Shown piece by piece: positions 19,699 to 30,863 of a stretch of DNA of 64,000 bases. Numbering within the stretch: position 1 is the first letter of the stretch; every line of letters begins with the position of its first letter. This DNA is from an uncultured bacterium (GTDB lineage: Bacteria; Acidobacteriota; Thermoanaerobaculia; Multivoradales; JAHZIX01), in NCBI GenBank assembly GCA_965368975.1, contig CBDUPA010000002.1, forward strand, positions 1 to 64,000, given 5' to 3'. Position numbers and translations under genes: made by a program. The notes beneath the pieces were generated by a model that did not search any database, had not been told where the DNA came from, and worked only from the letters and a program-made list of their open reading frames with translations.

Positions 19699-19888
19699 GC
19701 GTCCCCTGCGCAGATCGTGCTGGGTTATAGCGAGTGTAGAACCAACACTTATGCCGAGGGAGTCTGAATACCGCCTGCTTGTGCCAGCCCCGCCCGTACG
19801 GGGACGCTGATGGCTCGCGGCAAGGACACCCACCTGTTGAGAAACAGGTTCTAATCCCGACGGCCCTGTACGGCTGTGCGGGGGATGC
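19699..19888 (+). ncRNA. ssrS: 6S RNA
   Basis: ~190 nt between zapA and rny (known synteny); termini GCGTCCCCTGCGCAG and CTGTGCGGGGGATGC pair into a long closing stem. Confidence 0.88.
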
Positions 19889-19967
19889 ACATACCTCCAT
19901 CCGACGATACCGCCCGCACCCCCCCTCCGGCTCCCTGATGCCGGTTCCACCATAAGGGGTGTAGACC

Positions 19968-21533
19968 TTGGGCTCCTACCTCACCACATTGATTCCGGCG
20001 GTGATCGTCGCGGGCGTAGCTTTGGGCGTCTGGTGGTTTCTCGTGCGGCGCAAAGCTGCTGCCGTCCTGGCCCAGGCTGAAGTCGACGCCAAGCGAGCGG
20101 CCGAAGAAGCTGAAAAGCAGGCCGCCAGCAAACTGCGCGAAGCCGAGATCGCGGCGCGCGAAAAGCTGCTGCAGGCACGTTCCGAGTTCGAGAAGGTTTC
20201 GCGCAAGCGGCGCGGCGAGCTAGAGACACTGGAACGCCGGCTGAACCAGAAAGAAGACAGCCTCGACAAGCGCGTCGAAGACTTCAACCGGCGCGAGAAG
20301 GATCTCAACGACCGGGAACGGCGCCTGGTCGACCAAGAGCGCATGCTGCAGAAGCGGCAGGATGAGGTCGACCAGTTGCTAAGCGAAGAACGCCGGCACC
20401 TGGAACAGATCGCCGGCCTCACCGCCCACCAGGCACGCGACGAACTGGTGCGCGTGATGGAGAGCGAGGCACGCACCGAGGCCGCGCACCTGGCCAAGCG
20501 GATCGAAGACGAGGCGCGCGAAACTGCCGGCAAGCAGGCGCAGCGTATCTTGAGCCTGTCGATCCAGCGCGCGGCATCCGACTACGTGGCCGAAACCACC
20601 GTGTCTGTAGTGATGCTGCCCAGCGACGAGATGAAGGGCCGCATCATCGGCCGCGAGGGCCGCAACATCCGCGCTCTCGAACTTGCCACCGGCGTCGACC
20701 TGATCGTCGACGATACCCCGGAGGCGGTCATCCTCTCCGGCTTCGACCCGCTGCGCCGCGAGGTCGCCCGCGTCGCCCTCGAACGCCTGATCTCGGACGG
20801 CCGGATTCACCCGGCGCGCATCGAAGAAGTGGTCGAGAAGGTCAAGGCAGAGTTCGACGAACGCATCTACAGCGAGGGCGAATCGGCACTGCTCGAATTC
20901 AACATCGCCGACGTCCACCCCGAGCTCGTCAAGTTGCTCGGCCGCCTGCGCTACCGCACCTCGTACGGCCAGAACGTGCTGCAGCACAGCAAGGAAGTCG
21001 CCTTCCTTGCCGGCACCATGGCCTCCGAGATCAAGGCCAACATCCACGTCTGCCGGCGTGCCGGCTTGATGCACGACATCGGCAAGGCAGTCGACCGTGA
21101 GATGGACGGCTCCCACCTGGAGCTGGGCATTGACCTGCTGCGCAAGTTCGGCGAGACCGAAGAGGTCATCCACGCCATGGCCTGCCACCACGGCGACTAC
21201 GACCCCGAAACCGTCGAAGCCGTCCTGGTCACCGCTTCCGACGCCCTCTCCGCCGCCCGCCCCGGCGCCCGCCGCGAGATCCTCGAGACCTACGTCAAGC
21301 GCCTGGAGAAGCTCGAAGAGCTCGCCTCCAGCTTCCGCGGCGTGCAGAAGAGCTTCGCCATCCAGGCCGGCCGCGAAGTGCGCATTATTGTCGATAGCGA
21401 GAAGATCCCAGACGAACAGGCCTATTGGCTGTCCAAGGACATCGCCCGCAAGATCGAAGGCGAACTCACCTACCCGGGCCAGATCAAAGTCACTGTCATT
21501 CGCGAGACGCGCTCCGTCGAGTACGCCCGCTGA
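19968..21533 (+). CDS. rny: Ribonuclease Y
   Basis: N-terminal TM, coiled coil, KH ([14 protein letters not shown]), HD (MHDIGKA), AIQAGREVR. Confidence 0.97.
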   Translation: MGSYLTTLIPAVIVAGVALGVWWFLVRRKAAAVLAQAEVDAKRAAEEAEKQAASKLREAEIAAREKLLQARSEFEKVSRKRRGELETLERRLNQKEDSLDKRVEDFNRREKDLNDRERRLVDQERMLQKRQDEVDQLLSEERRHLEQIAGLTAHQARDELVRVMESEARTEAAHLAKRIEDEARETAGKQAQRILSLSIQRAASDYVAETTVSVVMLPSDEMKGRIIGREGRNIRALELATGVDLIVDDTPEAVILSGFDPLRREVARVALERLISDGRIHPARIEEVVEKVKAEFDERIYSEGESALLEFNIADVHPELVKLLGRLRYRTSYGQNVLQHSKEVAFLAGTMASEIKANIHVCRRAGLMHDIGKAVDREMDGSHLELGIDLLRKFGETEEVIHAMACHHGDYDPETVEAVLVTASDALSAARPGARREILETYVKRLEKLEELASSFRGVQKSFAIQAGREVRIIVDSEKIPDEQAYWLSKDIARKIEGELTYPGQIKVTVIRETRSVEYAR

Positions 21534-21560
21534 TCCACTTGCTCACATCCGGAGCCACAC

Positions 21561-22352
21561 ATGAAAGTCCTCTTCGTCGGTGACATCATCGGCAAGCCGG
21601 GCCGCAGAGCGCTGCGTGCCCTGCTACCCCAGCTGGTCGACGAACACCTGATCGACTACACCATTGTCAACGTCGAGAACGCGGCCGGCGGCTTCGGCGT
21701 CACGCCTGAGATCCTCAGAGAGCTCGACAGCCTCGCCGCCCCGATCCACTGCTACTCGACGGGCAACCACATCTGGGACAAGAAAGAAGGCGTCAAGCTG
21801 CTCGGCCTCGAGCCCCGCTTGCTGCGCCCCGCCAACTACCCCAGCGGCAATCCTGGTGTCGGCCTGCACATCGGCGAAACCAACACTGGCGCCAAGGTGG
21901 CAACGATCAACCTGGAGGGCCAGGTGTTCATGAAGAACCTCGAGTCCCCCTTCACCGTCGCCGACCGCCTGCTCGACGAGCTACCGCCCGACGTCAAGGT
22001 CGTGATCGTCGACTTCCACGCCGAGGCGACGAGTGAAAAGCAAGCCATGGCCTACCACCTCGATGGCCGCGTCAGTGCCGTCTTCGGCACCCACACCCAC
22101 GTCCCCACCGCCGACGAACGCATCCTCTCCGGCGGCACCGCCCTGATCACCGATGTCGGCATGACCGGCCCCTACGATGGCATCATCGGCTTCCGACCGG
22201 ACAAGGTACTGCAGCGCTTCTACCTGCAGACCAACGTGTCGCTGGAAGTCGCCAAGCGCGATGTCCGGCTGGCCGGGGCGCTGGTCGACGTCGACGAACA
22301 GACCGGCAAAGCGGTGAAGGTCGAGAGGCTGTTGGTGCCGTACACCGGCTGA
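21561..22352 (+). CDS. ymdB: YmdB/TIGR00282 metallophosphoesterase
   Basis: GDIIGKPGR, NVENAAGG, TGNHIWD, RPANYP, VDFHAEATSEK, GTHTHVPTAD, TDVGMTGP. Confidence 0.93.
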   Translation: MKVLFVGDIIGKPGRRALRALLPQLVDEHLIDYTIVNVENAAGGFGVTPEILRELDSLAAPIHCYSTGNHIWDKKEGVKLLGLEPRLLRPANYPSGNPGVGLHIGETNTGAKVATINLEGQVFMKNLESPFTVADRLLDELPPDVKVVIVDFHAEATSEKQAMAYHLDGRVSAVFGTHTHVPTADERILSGGTALITDVGMTGPYDGIIGFRPDKVLQRFYLQTNVSLEVAKRDVRLAGALVDVDEQTGKAVKVERLLVPYTG

Positions 22353-22420
22353 GCGGCAAGCCACCGGCACAACCACCAGCCCTCAGCCACTCCCCAGATC
22401 AGAGGCGGGCTAGAAGAACC

Positions 22421-22466
22421 AAAGAAACGAGAAAGTCGATGACAAGGCGACTTTCTCGTTATCTTT
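22421..22466. terminator. Strong inverted repeat between convergent genes, possible bidirectional terminator
   Basis: AACGAGAAAGTCG-N9-CGACTTTCTCGTT 13-bp perfect stem, extendable with AAAG/CTTT. Confidence 0.5.
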
Positions 22467-22559
22467 CGTAGGGCTCAGCTCAGCGGCACGGAGGTACTAG
22501 CCAATATCTGGAGGCACCTCTCGGCCCAGCACTTCCGGCGCTAGTTCCGAACCGGGAAA

Positions 22560-23741
22560 TCAGTTCGCGGTGCAGGGCGGCGTTCGCGTGCCGGTGGTCG
22601 ACAGCTCGAAGGTCTCGACGACGCTGCCCAGCGAGTTGACGCACCAGCTTCCAACGCAGGCGACGCCACCCAGGCGCGAATAGGCGATCTGCAGGCGATT
22701 GTGCCAGTAGGCGGAACAGGCCAGATCGTGGCTCGATGCTTTACCGAGGTCGACGACCTGGGCAATCGGCTCGGTACCCCAGGAGCAGTCGCTGTCGGGG
22801 TCGTTGCTGGCGGCCTGGGCGAGGGCGACGAGGGCCTGGCCGTTCCCGGCGGCGGTGAGTGAGACGCCGGCCAGTTCGAATGGCACACCGCTCCAGGTCC
22901 AGACGGGACGGCTGGGACGCGCATTGCCGAGCTGGTAGAGGGCGACCGCGTCGCGCTGGCGCACGGCCAGGTAGACGTGGTCACCGATGCGCGCGACGGC
23001 CCCCGCGACGGCGTTCTCCGCCCCCAGGTTCAGGGTCCACTTCTGCTGCGGAGCTCCACCGCTGGCCACGGAGTACGCGGTGACGGCGCTCAGGCTCGCA
23101 TTGCCGACCACGATCCAGCCGTCTCCCGCCGCGGCCCAACGGTTGCCGCTCCCCAGTGACTGCTTGGAGGGCTTGCCGGCACCGTCGAAGCGGTAGACCC
23201 AGGTACCCTGGTTGGACCCTTCGTCGAACACCGCAACGGCGTAGTCGCCGGTGCTGGCCACTGAGCAGTCCTGACCGTTGGTGCTGGCGTCCTGGTAGAG
23301 CAGTTGGTTCTTGCCCGTGACGCTCCACGCCGTGTAGCCGATATCGGGACCACAAAGATCGATACGGGAGCCCGCTTCGTTGATGTCACCGTCCGCGACA
23401 GGCCGGAAGTTCTTGGCGTCTGGAGGGCAGGTGATTCCCGGTGTCTGGCCGCAGACGATGAAGACCCGAGAGGACGCCGCCGACAGCGCGCCGCGCTCCT
23501 GCTGGCTGACGACCCACGCGCCGTGGGTATGGGGGATCAGGACCCGGCTGCGCGCGGCTGTGGGTATCAGGCCGAACGGAGGCCAGTGGCCGTAGCCATC
23601 GAAGCTGGAGGCGTCGTAGCGCACTTCTTGCTCTTGCATCCAGCCGATGGCGGCTGGCGGCGGCGGTGCCGGGTGGACGTCGCACTGGACGTCGCCGGCG
23701 GCGACGATTCCGATCCAGGCGAGTAGAGCTTGGGTGAACAT
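22560..23741 (-). CDS. Hypothetical exported Cys-rich all-beta (propeller-like) protein
   Basis: SD AAGGAG; hydrophobic N-terminus; 10 Cys; repeated short beta-strand motifs (TWVYRFD, WIVVGN, VTAYSV, KWTLNL, VYLAV, VALYQL). Confidence 0.6.
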   Translation of the reverse strand: MFTQALLAWIGIVAAGDVQCDVHPAPPPPAAIGWMQEQEVRYDASSFDGYGHWPPFGLIPTAARSRVLIPHTHGAWVVSQQERGALSAASSRVFIVCGQTPGITCPPDAKNFRPVADGDINEAGSRIDLCGPDIGYTAWSVTGKNQLLYQDASTNGQDCSVASTGDYAVAVFDEGSNQGTWVYRFDGAGKPSKQSLGSGNRWAAAGDGWIVVGNASLSAVTAYSVASGGAPQQKWTLNLGAENAVAGAVARIGDHVYLAVRQRDAVALYQLGNARPSRPVWTWSGVPFELAGVSLTAAGNGQALVALAQAASNDPDSDCSWGTEPIAQVVDLGKASSHDLACSAYWHNRLQIAYSRLGGVACVGSWCVNSLGSVVETFELSTTGTRTPPCTAN

Positions 23742-23780
23742 GGGGTTCTCCTTGGTTGGTGAAGTGTGAATGGATGCGGG

Positions 23781-24020
23781 TCAGGCCGCTGGACTGGCGG
23801 CGGCGGGGCCGGCTGCCTGGGCGCGGCGCTGGTGGCCGGTACGAAGCGCTTCGAGCGTTTCGTAAGCCTGTGCGGCCGTGGCCCGCGAGGTCGGGGCCAG
23901 GGATACGGACGCCTGGCATCCCGGGCAGGAAAACTTGCTGCCAGAAACCAGCAACTCGACGGCGACGGGAATCGCGCTGCCACACGGGCAGGGCACGGAC
24001 ACAGAGTTCTCAGGGGCCAT
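23781..24020 (-). CDS. Small zinc-ribbon protein (79 aa)
   Basis: SD AAGGAG; CPCG...CPGC motif followed by a helix; co-oriented within the operon. Confidence 0.65.
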   Translation of the reverse strand: MAPENSVSVPCPCGSAIPVAVELLVSGSKFSCPGCQASVSLAPTSRATAAQAYETLEALRTGHQRRAQAAGPAAASPAA

Positions 24021-24145
24021 ATCGGCGCTCCTTTGCTGGGTCGCAGGTGGAAAGGATGGAAGGGACTAGAAGGACCGTGTGCCCGCCGCCGTTCGCAGGA
24101 CTGCGACGGGCACGCGTCCGTGACGGAATCGCTGCTCGGCCGGCG

Positions 24146-24835
24146 TCAGGTCTTGTTGTCGGCCTTGCCCGAGCTGAGCGTGATCGGCTGAATGTTGTTG
24201 GAGTAGGCTTGGATGATCGTGGTCACTCCGGGAGGCAGCGGCAGCTGCCCAGCGTGCACCTTGACCTGGTACTCGGCGGAGTTGCTCTTCTGATAGTGCT
24301 GCGCACTGGAGCTCTTGGACTCCTGCGAGTGGGACAAACTGCCGCTGATCGAGACACTGTACGGACCCCAGCCAGCCTTCCCCGTCATCGTGGCCTTACC
24401 CTTGGTCTGCGAGTCGGTCGAACTCGTGTTGTCCTCGCTGTAGCTGGACTTCACTTCCATGGTGAAGCTGATGTCGACATTGTCGACGGCCAGCGAGTTC
24501 AGGGGCAGGATGGTCAGCAGGGGCAGGTCGAAGGTGGTCGAGAACTTGCTGATGTTCGGCGCATCGGTGTCATCGCTGGCCGGCGTGATCACCGAGCGTT
24601 CGAGGATCAGCGAGATCATGATCGGCTCCAGCGTCTGGGGCTTGGAGTCGTCCGTCGTCCCCTGCGGTTCGAAGCACGTCTTCATCAGGAAGTTGACCTG
24701 TTCGGTGCCCATGGCGCCGTTGGCCTGGGCAGCCGCCATCAGGGGGCCGCCGATCAGGCTCTTCATCGGCAAGCCGGTGAACTGCTGCGCCATGGAAAGC
24801 AGCGGAGGTCCTTGGGAAACATTGGTATCAGCCAT
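24146..24835 (-). CDS. DUF2589 family protein (copy A, with long Ser/Thr-rich hairpin)
   Basis: FTGLPMKSLIGGPLMAAAQAN, LPLLTILPLNSLAVDNVDISFTMEVKS, SNSAEYQVKVHAGQLPLPPG; SD AAGGAG. Confidence 0.8.
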   Translation of the reverse strand: MADTNVSQGPPLLSMAQQFTGLPMKSLIGGPLMAAAQANGAMGTEQVNFLMKTCFEPQGTTDDSKPQTLEPIMISLILERSVITPASDDTDAPNISKFSTTFDLPLLTILPLNSLAVDNVDISFTMEVKSSYSEDNTSSTDSQTKGKATMTGKAGWGPYSVSISGSLSHSQESKSSSAQHYQKSNSAEYQVKVHAGQLPLPPGVTTIIQAYSNNIQPITLSSGKADNKT

Positions 24836-24902
24836 TTCGTTCTCCTTCTTCTGTCAGTTGCGGGGACATCCACGCGCTCACGCGGCGCGGGGACGAGTTC
24901 TG

Positions 24903-25580
24903 CTAGCCGGGGATCTGGGCGCGAAGGGCACGGTGGTAGCCCTCCAGCAGCACTTCCAGCCCCCGCGGCGGTTGGTCGGCACGGATCTCGATGTCGAGCG
25001 TCGCCCGGTGTGGGCCACTACTCGGCGGGCTCTTGGCGTCAGCTGCCTGGGGATCTCCCGGCACGGCTGGACCACTCGGCGACGTCGCGGCTCCTGACGA
25101 ACGCTTCTGGGGAAAACCGCACCGTAGCCGGCCGTCGACCTCCTCGATCTCGAGGTCGGTGGTGAAGCGCAGGTTCGACAGCTGCAGCGTCGACGCCGGC
25201 GTCAAGGCGATCAGCGGCACCAGGACCGGGTGTGCCTTGGGCCCGTCGGCGTCGACATGCGGGAATTGCAATGCCACCATCTTGGGCTGTAGCTGCCCCT
25301 TGCTGACTCCCTGCTTGGCGTCTTCCTTCAGCGCCGCCGCGGCCCCCTCCATCGCCTTCAGGGCTTGCTGCAGGGACGCGGACGCGGCCTGCGGATCAGC
25401 GTCACCCGCCAGGTCCCCCGAGACGCGGCTCAGACGATCGGCGAGAGCGTCGAGACCTTCAGAATCGGGAACCGGTTCGAAGTAGTCGTCGAGGATCTGC
25501 AGGTTCTGAGCCCGCAACGACGCACCCGCCTCGACGACGCTGTCGTGGATCGCTTTCAGCAGTTCTTTGAGATCGAGCAT
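24903..25580 (-). CDS. DUF2589 family protein (copy B)
   Basis: LKELLKAIHDSVVEA...QNLQILDDYF, VPLIALTPASTLQLSNLRFTTDLEI, LDIEIRADQPPRGL; SD AAAGGA. Confidence 0.72.
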   Translation of the reverse strand: MLDLKELLKAIHDSVVEAGASLRAQNLQILDDYFEPVPDSEGLDALADRLSRVSGDLAGDADPQAASASLQQALKAMEGAAAALKEDAKQGVSKGQLQPKMVALQFPHVDADGPKAHPVLVPLIALTPASTLQLSNLRFTTDLEIEEVDGRLRCGFPQKRSSGAATSPSGPAVPGDPQAADAKSPPSSGPHRATLDIEIRADQPPRGLEVLLEGYHRALRAQIPG

Positions 25581-25676
25581 GGTATTCCTTTCTCGTCAAC
25601 AATGAGCGCCATGGATCGCACTCCTGGAGAATTCTTGCTGACTTGAGGTATCTTCTTCGTGCTGACAAACGGGTAG

Positions 25677-25692
25677 AGCAAGTCCGGTGCCA
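25677..25692 (-). promoter_or_regulatory. Sigma54 -24/-12 promoter for the DUF2589 operon
   Basis: Minus strand TGGCAC-CGGAC-TTGCT, exact consensus spacing, ~100 nt upstream of ATG 25580. Confidence 0.88.
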
Positions 25693-25785
25693 GGAGTACT
25701 CGGAAGCGGCGGAAGTGGTCAGAACAGCCTGAATATGGCGAAAAGTGGGACTTGGGGGCGGGTCTCGGAGCTCGCGACCGACCGC

Positions 25786-25838
25786 GCGATGACCGTCCAG
25801 ACGTCGGTGGCGAGCGTCGGACGGTACCGTCCGGCGGT
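25786..25838 (-). promoter_or_regulatory. Candidate bEBP upstream activator sequence (copy 1)
   Basis: Near-perfect ACCGTC-N-GACGGT palindromes at 25813-25825 and 25826-25838; block aligns with 30661-30712. Confidence 0.7.
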
Positions 25839-25889
25839 AACCGGTGCGGCTTGCGTAGGTTCCGCGGCGAAACTAGAATCTACGGGGCC

Positions 25890-27500
25890 ATGTCAGCTTT
25901 CCAGATACCGCGTGACAACACGCTCGAGGCCTCGACGCAGGTCAGCGATACCCGGGAGCAGCGGAGGGCAGGCCTGAGCATCCCGGCCCTGACCGTGCTC
26001 GCACATCCGCAAGTGAGCTACGTAGGAGCGCGTGTCCTGCTGCCGGCCCTGACTTCCGGCAAGGAGGTCGCCCTGTCGCGCCAGCAGCCGCTGTTCGCTC
26101 AGCCGGGGAAGACGGAGGCGAGTCCGCTAGCAGACTCGCACCTGAGCCGCAAACCGGTGCTGCTGATCCCCGGCGAGGCGGGCTCGATCCGGCTGGACGC
26201 CGGAGGCGCGCGCAGCCGGATCGAGATCTTCGGCAGCACCGGGAGGGAGAGCTTTTCGGCGGAGGAGCTGGAGGCCGGTGTCTGCCTGCTGCTAGGGGGC
26301 TACGTCGCCTTGCTGCTGCACCTGCACCCCCCAGGTCAGCCGACATACGGCGAGCGCTACGGTCTGATCGGTGACAGCGCCGCCCTGACCCGACTGCGCG
26401 GCGACATCCGACGGACAGCGAGAGCGCAGGCACCGGTGCTGCTGCGCGGGGAATCGGGTACCGGCAAGGAACTGGTGGCGCGCGCGTTGCACCAGGCGTC
26501 GAAGCGGCGCGCCAAGCCCTACGTGACGCTGAACCTGGGAGCCGTCCCCGCCTCGCTCGCCGCCGCCGAGCTGTTCGGCGCCAGCCGCGGCGCCTTCACC
26601 GGCGCCGACCAGCCGCGTCAGGGCTACTTCGAGCGCGCGGACGGGGGGACGCTCTTCCTCGACGAGATCGGCGAGGCACAACCGGAGGTGCAAGCGCTGC
26701 TCTTGCGCACCCTGGAGAGCGGCGAGATCCAGTCGGTGGGAACCTCCCGACCGCGGCGCGTCGACGTGCGCGTCATCGCCGCCACCGACGCCGACCTCGA
26801 AACCCAGGTGACCGCGGAGCGCTTCCGGGCGCCACTGCTCTACCGGCTGCAGGCCGAGTCGATCCGTCTGCCTCCCTTGCGCATACGGCGCGACGACATC
26901 GGTCGTCTGCTCCTCCACTTCCTGCGCCAGGAGTTCGAGCACGCGTCCACCGGCAATCCGATCGACGAGCCCGGTCGCCGTCAACGTCCCTGGCTATCGG
27001 CTCGCCTGGTGGCGCGGCTAGCTTGCGCTCCTTGGCCCGGCAACGTGCGGGAGCTGCGCAACGTGGCGCGGCGGCTGGTCAGCGAGTTCTCGTCCGAACA
27101 GGAGGCCGAGCTGCCGGCGGAGCTGGAAGCGGAGCTGTTCGCGGACGAGGACGTCAGCAGCGAAGCCGGCGCCGCGGCAGCGCCCGTGCTACCAACCAAG
27201 CACCGCCCTCGGCGGCAACTACGGCCGGTCACGCAGGTACCGGCAGCGCAGATCCTCGCCGAGCTGCGTGCCAGCCGCTTCAACCTGACGCTGGCCGCCC
27301 AACGGCTTCGCGTTTCCAGGACCGGCCTCTACGGCTGGGTGGAGCGGCATCCGGAGCTACGCAAGGCATCGGACCTGGAGCGCGGCGAGATCATCGAGGC
27401 CCTGAGCCGGGCAGGGGGTGATCTCGACGACGCCGCCGAGCATCTCGGCGTGTCCAGCCACGGCCTGCGCTTGCGCCGCACCGCCCTCGGACTCGACTAG
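25890..27500 (+). CDS. Sigma54-dependent enhancer-binding protein with FHA-like N-terminus and tandem HTHs
   Basis: GESGTGKE, GAFTGA, LFLDEIGE, RVIAATD, WPGNVRELRN; two Fis-like HTHs; start ATG 25890 chosen (ORF open from 25752). Confidence 0.9.
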   Translation: MSAFQIPRDNTLEASTQVSDTREQRRAGLSIPALTVLAHPQVSYVGARVLLPALTSGKEVALSRQQPLFAQPGKTEASPLADSHLSRKPVLLIPGEAGSIRLDAGGARSRIEIFGSTGRESFSAEELEAGVCLLLGGYVALLLHLHPPGQPTYGERYGLIGDSAALTRLRGDIRRTARAQAPVLLRGESGTGKELVARALHQASKRRAKPYVTLNLGAVPASLAAAELFGASRGAFTGADQPRQGYFERADGGTLFLDEIGEAQPEVQALLLRTLESGEIQSVGTSRPRRVDVRVIAATDADLETQVTAERFRAPLLYRLQAESIRLPPLRIRRDDIGRLLLHFLRQEFEHASTGNPIDEPGRRQRPWLSARLVARLACAPWPGNVRELRNVARRLVSEFSSEQEAELPAELEAELFADEDVSSEAGAAAAPVLPTKHRPRRQLRPVTQVPAAQILAELRASRFNLTLAAQRLRVSRTGLYGWVERHPELRKASDLERGEIIEALSRAGGDLDDAAEHLGVSSHGLRLRRTALGLD

Positions 27501-30197
<2,697 letters not shown>

Positions 30198-30199
30198 CC

Positions 30200-30607
30200 T
30201 CAGGTAGGCGGCTTCGCGGGCTCTCCCGGACCTTCCTTCGGCTCGTTGACAATCGACGGATCCGGAAAGTAGGGCACGCCGTCGATCTCCACCTTGAAAC
30301 GAAAGCGGAAGGCGTGCAAATCCTGGGAAGTGTTCTCATTGCTGCACGAGATCTGCAATTGCCCAGAGCCCAACAGTGAGACCGCGGGCTCCAGTGGCCG
30401 GAGACCCTTCCATTCCACGTATTCCCCAGACTTGATGGGCACGAACTCTCCACCCTTCACGTCCAGACGAAGCCGGATCCGAGCCGGGCCATAGGCGACC
30501 TGGATCTGGTTCGTGCCCGAGACGACGCTCGGTCCCGACAGGTGAAACTTGCCGTCTGCACCCTTGACGGTGACGTCATAGATCTTCGCGGACTCTCCGT
30601 TCGCCAT
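30200..30607 (-). CDS. Small beta-rich protein with C-terminal DPxIxNEP motif (DP-EP/DUF1888-like)
   Basis: ATG 30607 with SD AAGGAG; 135 aa; ends FRFRFKVEIDGVPYFPDPSIVNEP. Confidence 0.6.
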   Translation of the reverse strand: MANGESAKIYDVTVKGADGKFHLSGPSVVSGTNQIQVAYGPARIRLRLDVKGGEFVPIKSGEYVEWKGLRPLEPAVSLLGSGQLQISCSNENTSQDLHAFRFRFKVEIDGVPYFPDPSIVNEPKEGPGEPAKPPT

Positions 30608-30660
30608 CGTGCGCTCCTTGCGGTTTCCCCTCAACCTATCACGGGCACACCCGCGCCCAG

Positions 30661-30712
30661 ACCGCAGGGCCGTACCGTCCGACGGTTGCCGCCACCGTCC
30701 GACGGTCGTCGC
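30661..30712 (+). promoter_or_regulatory. Candidate bEBP upstream activator sequence (copy 2)
   Basis: Two perfect ACCGTCCGACGGT palindromes at 30674-30686 and 30694-30706, 20 bp apart. Confidence 0.72.
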
Positions 30713-30772
30713 CATCCTCAGCTCTCCCTTCCAAGTCCCCGCAATCCGGCGTGCTCACAACCCATCCGTCTC

Positions 30773-30788
30773 TGGCACAGCGCTTGCT
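30773..30788 (+). promoter_or_regulatory. Sigma54 -24/-12 promoter for the DUF1906 gene
   Basis: TGGCAC-AGCGC-TTGCT exact consensus. Confidence 0.88.
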
Positions 30789-30827
30789 ATTCCGGACAAG
30801 CTATTCCGGACAAGCTATTCCGGACAA
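30786..30827 (+). repeat. 14-bp tandem repeat x3
   Basis: GCTATTCCGGACAA repeated three times exactly, starting within the -12 box. Confidence 0.95.
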
Positions 30828-30863
30828 GCGATGCACAACGACCCCCATCCCAAGGAGAGAGCC

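Noticed and set aside
22560-25580. R-body (reb) locus
   Set aside because: No Reb-like ~100-aa Ala/Gln/Thr-rich ORFs found; the association is only recalled, not shown
30741-30756. Third sigma54 promoter for the DP-EP-like gene (minus strand GAGCAC-N6-TTGC)
   Set aside because: Lacks the invariant GG and the spacing is one base too long
30786-30827. Possible CRISPR or iteron array
   Set aside because: Units are contiguous 14-mers with no spacers; no cas or rep genes
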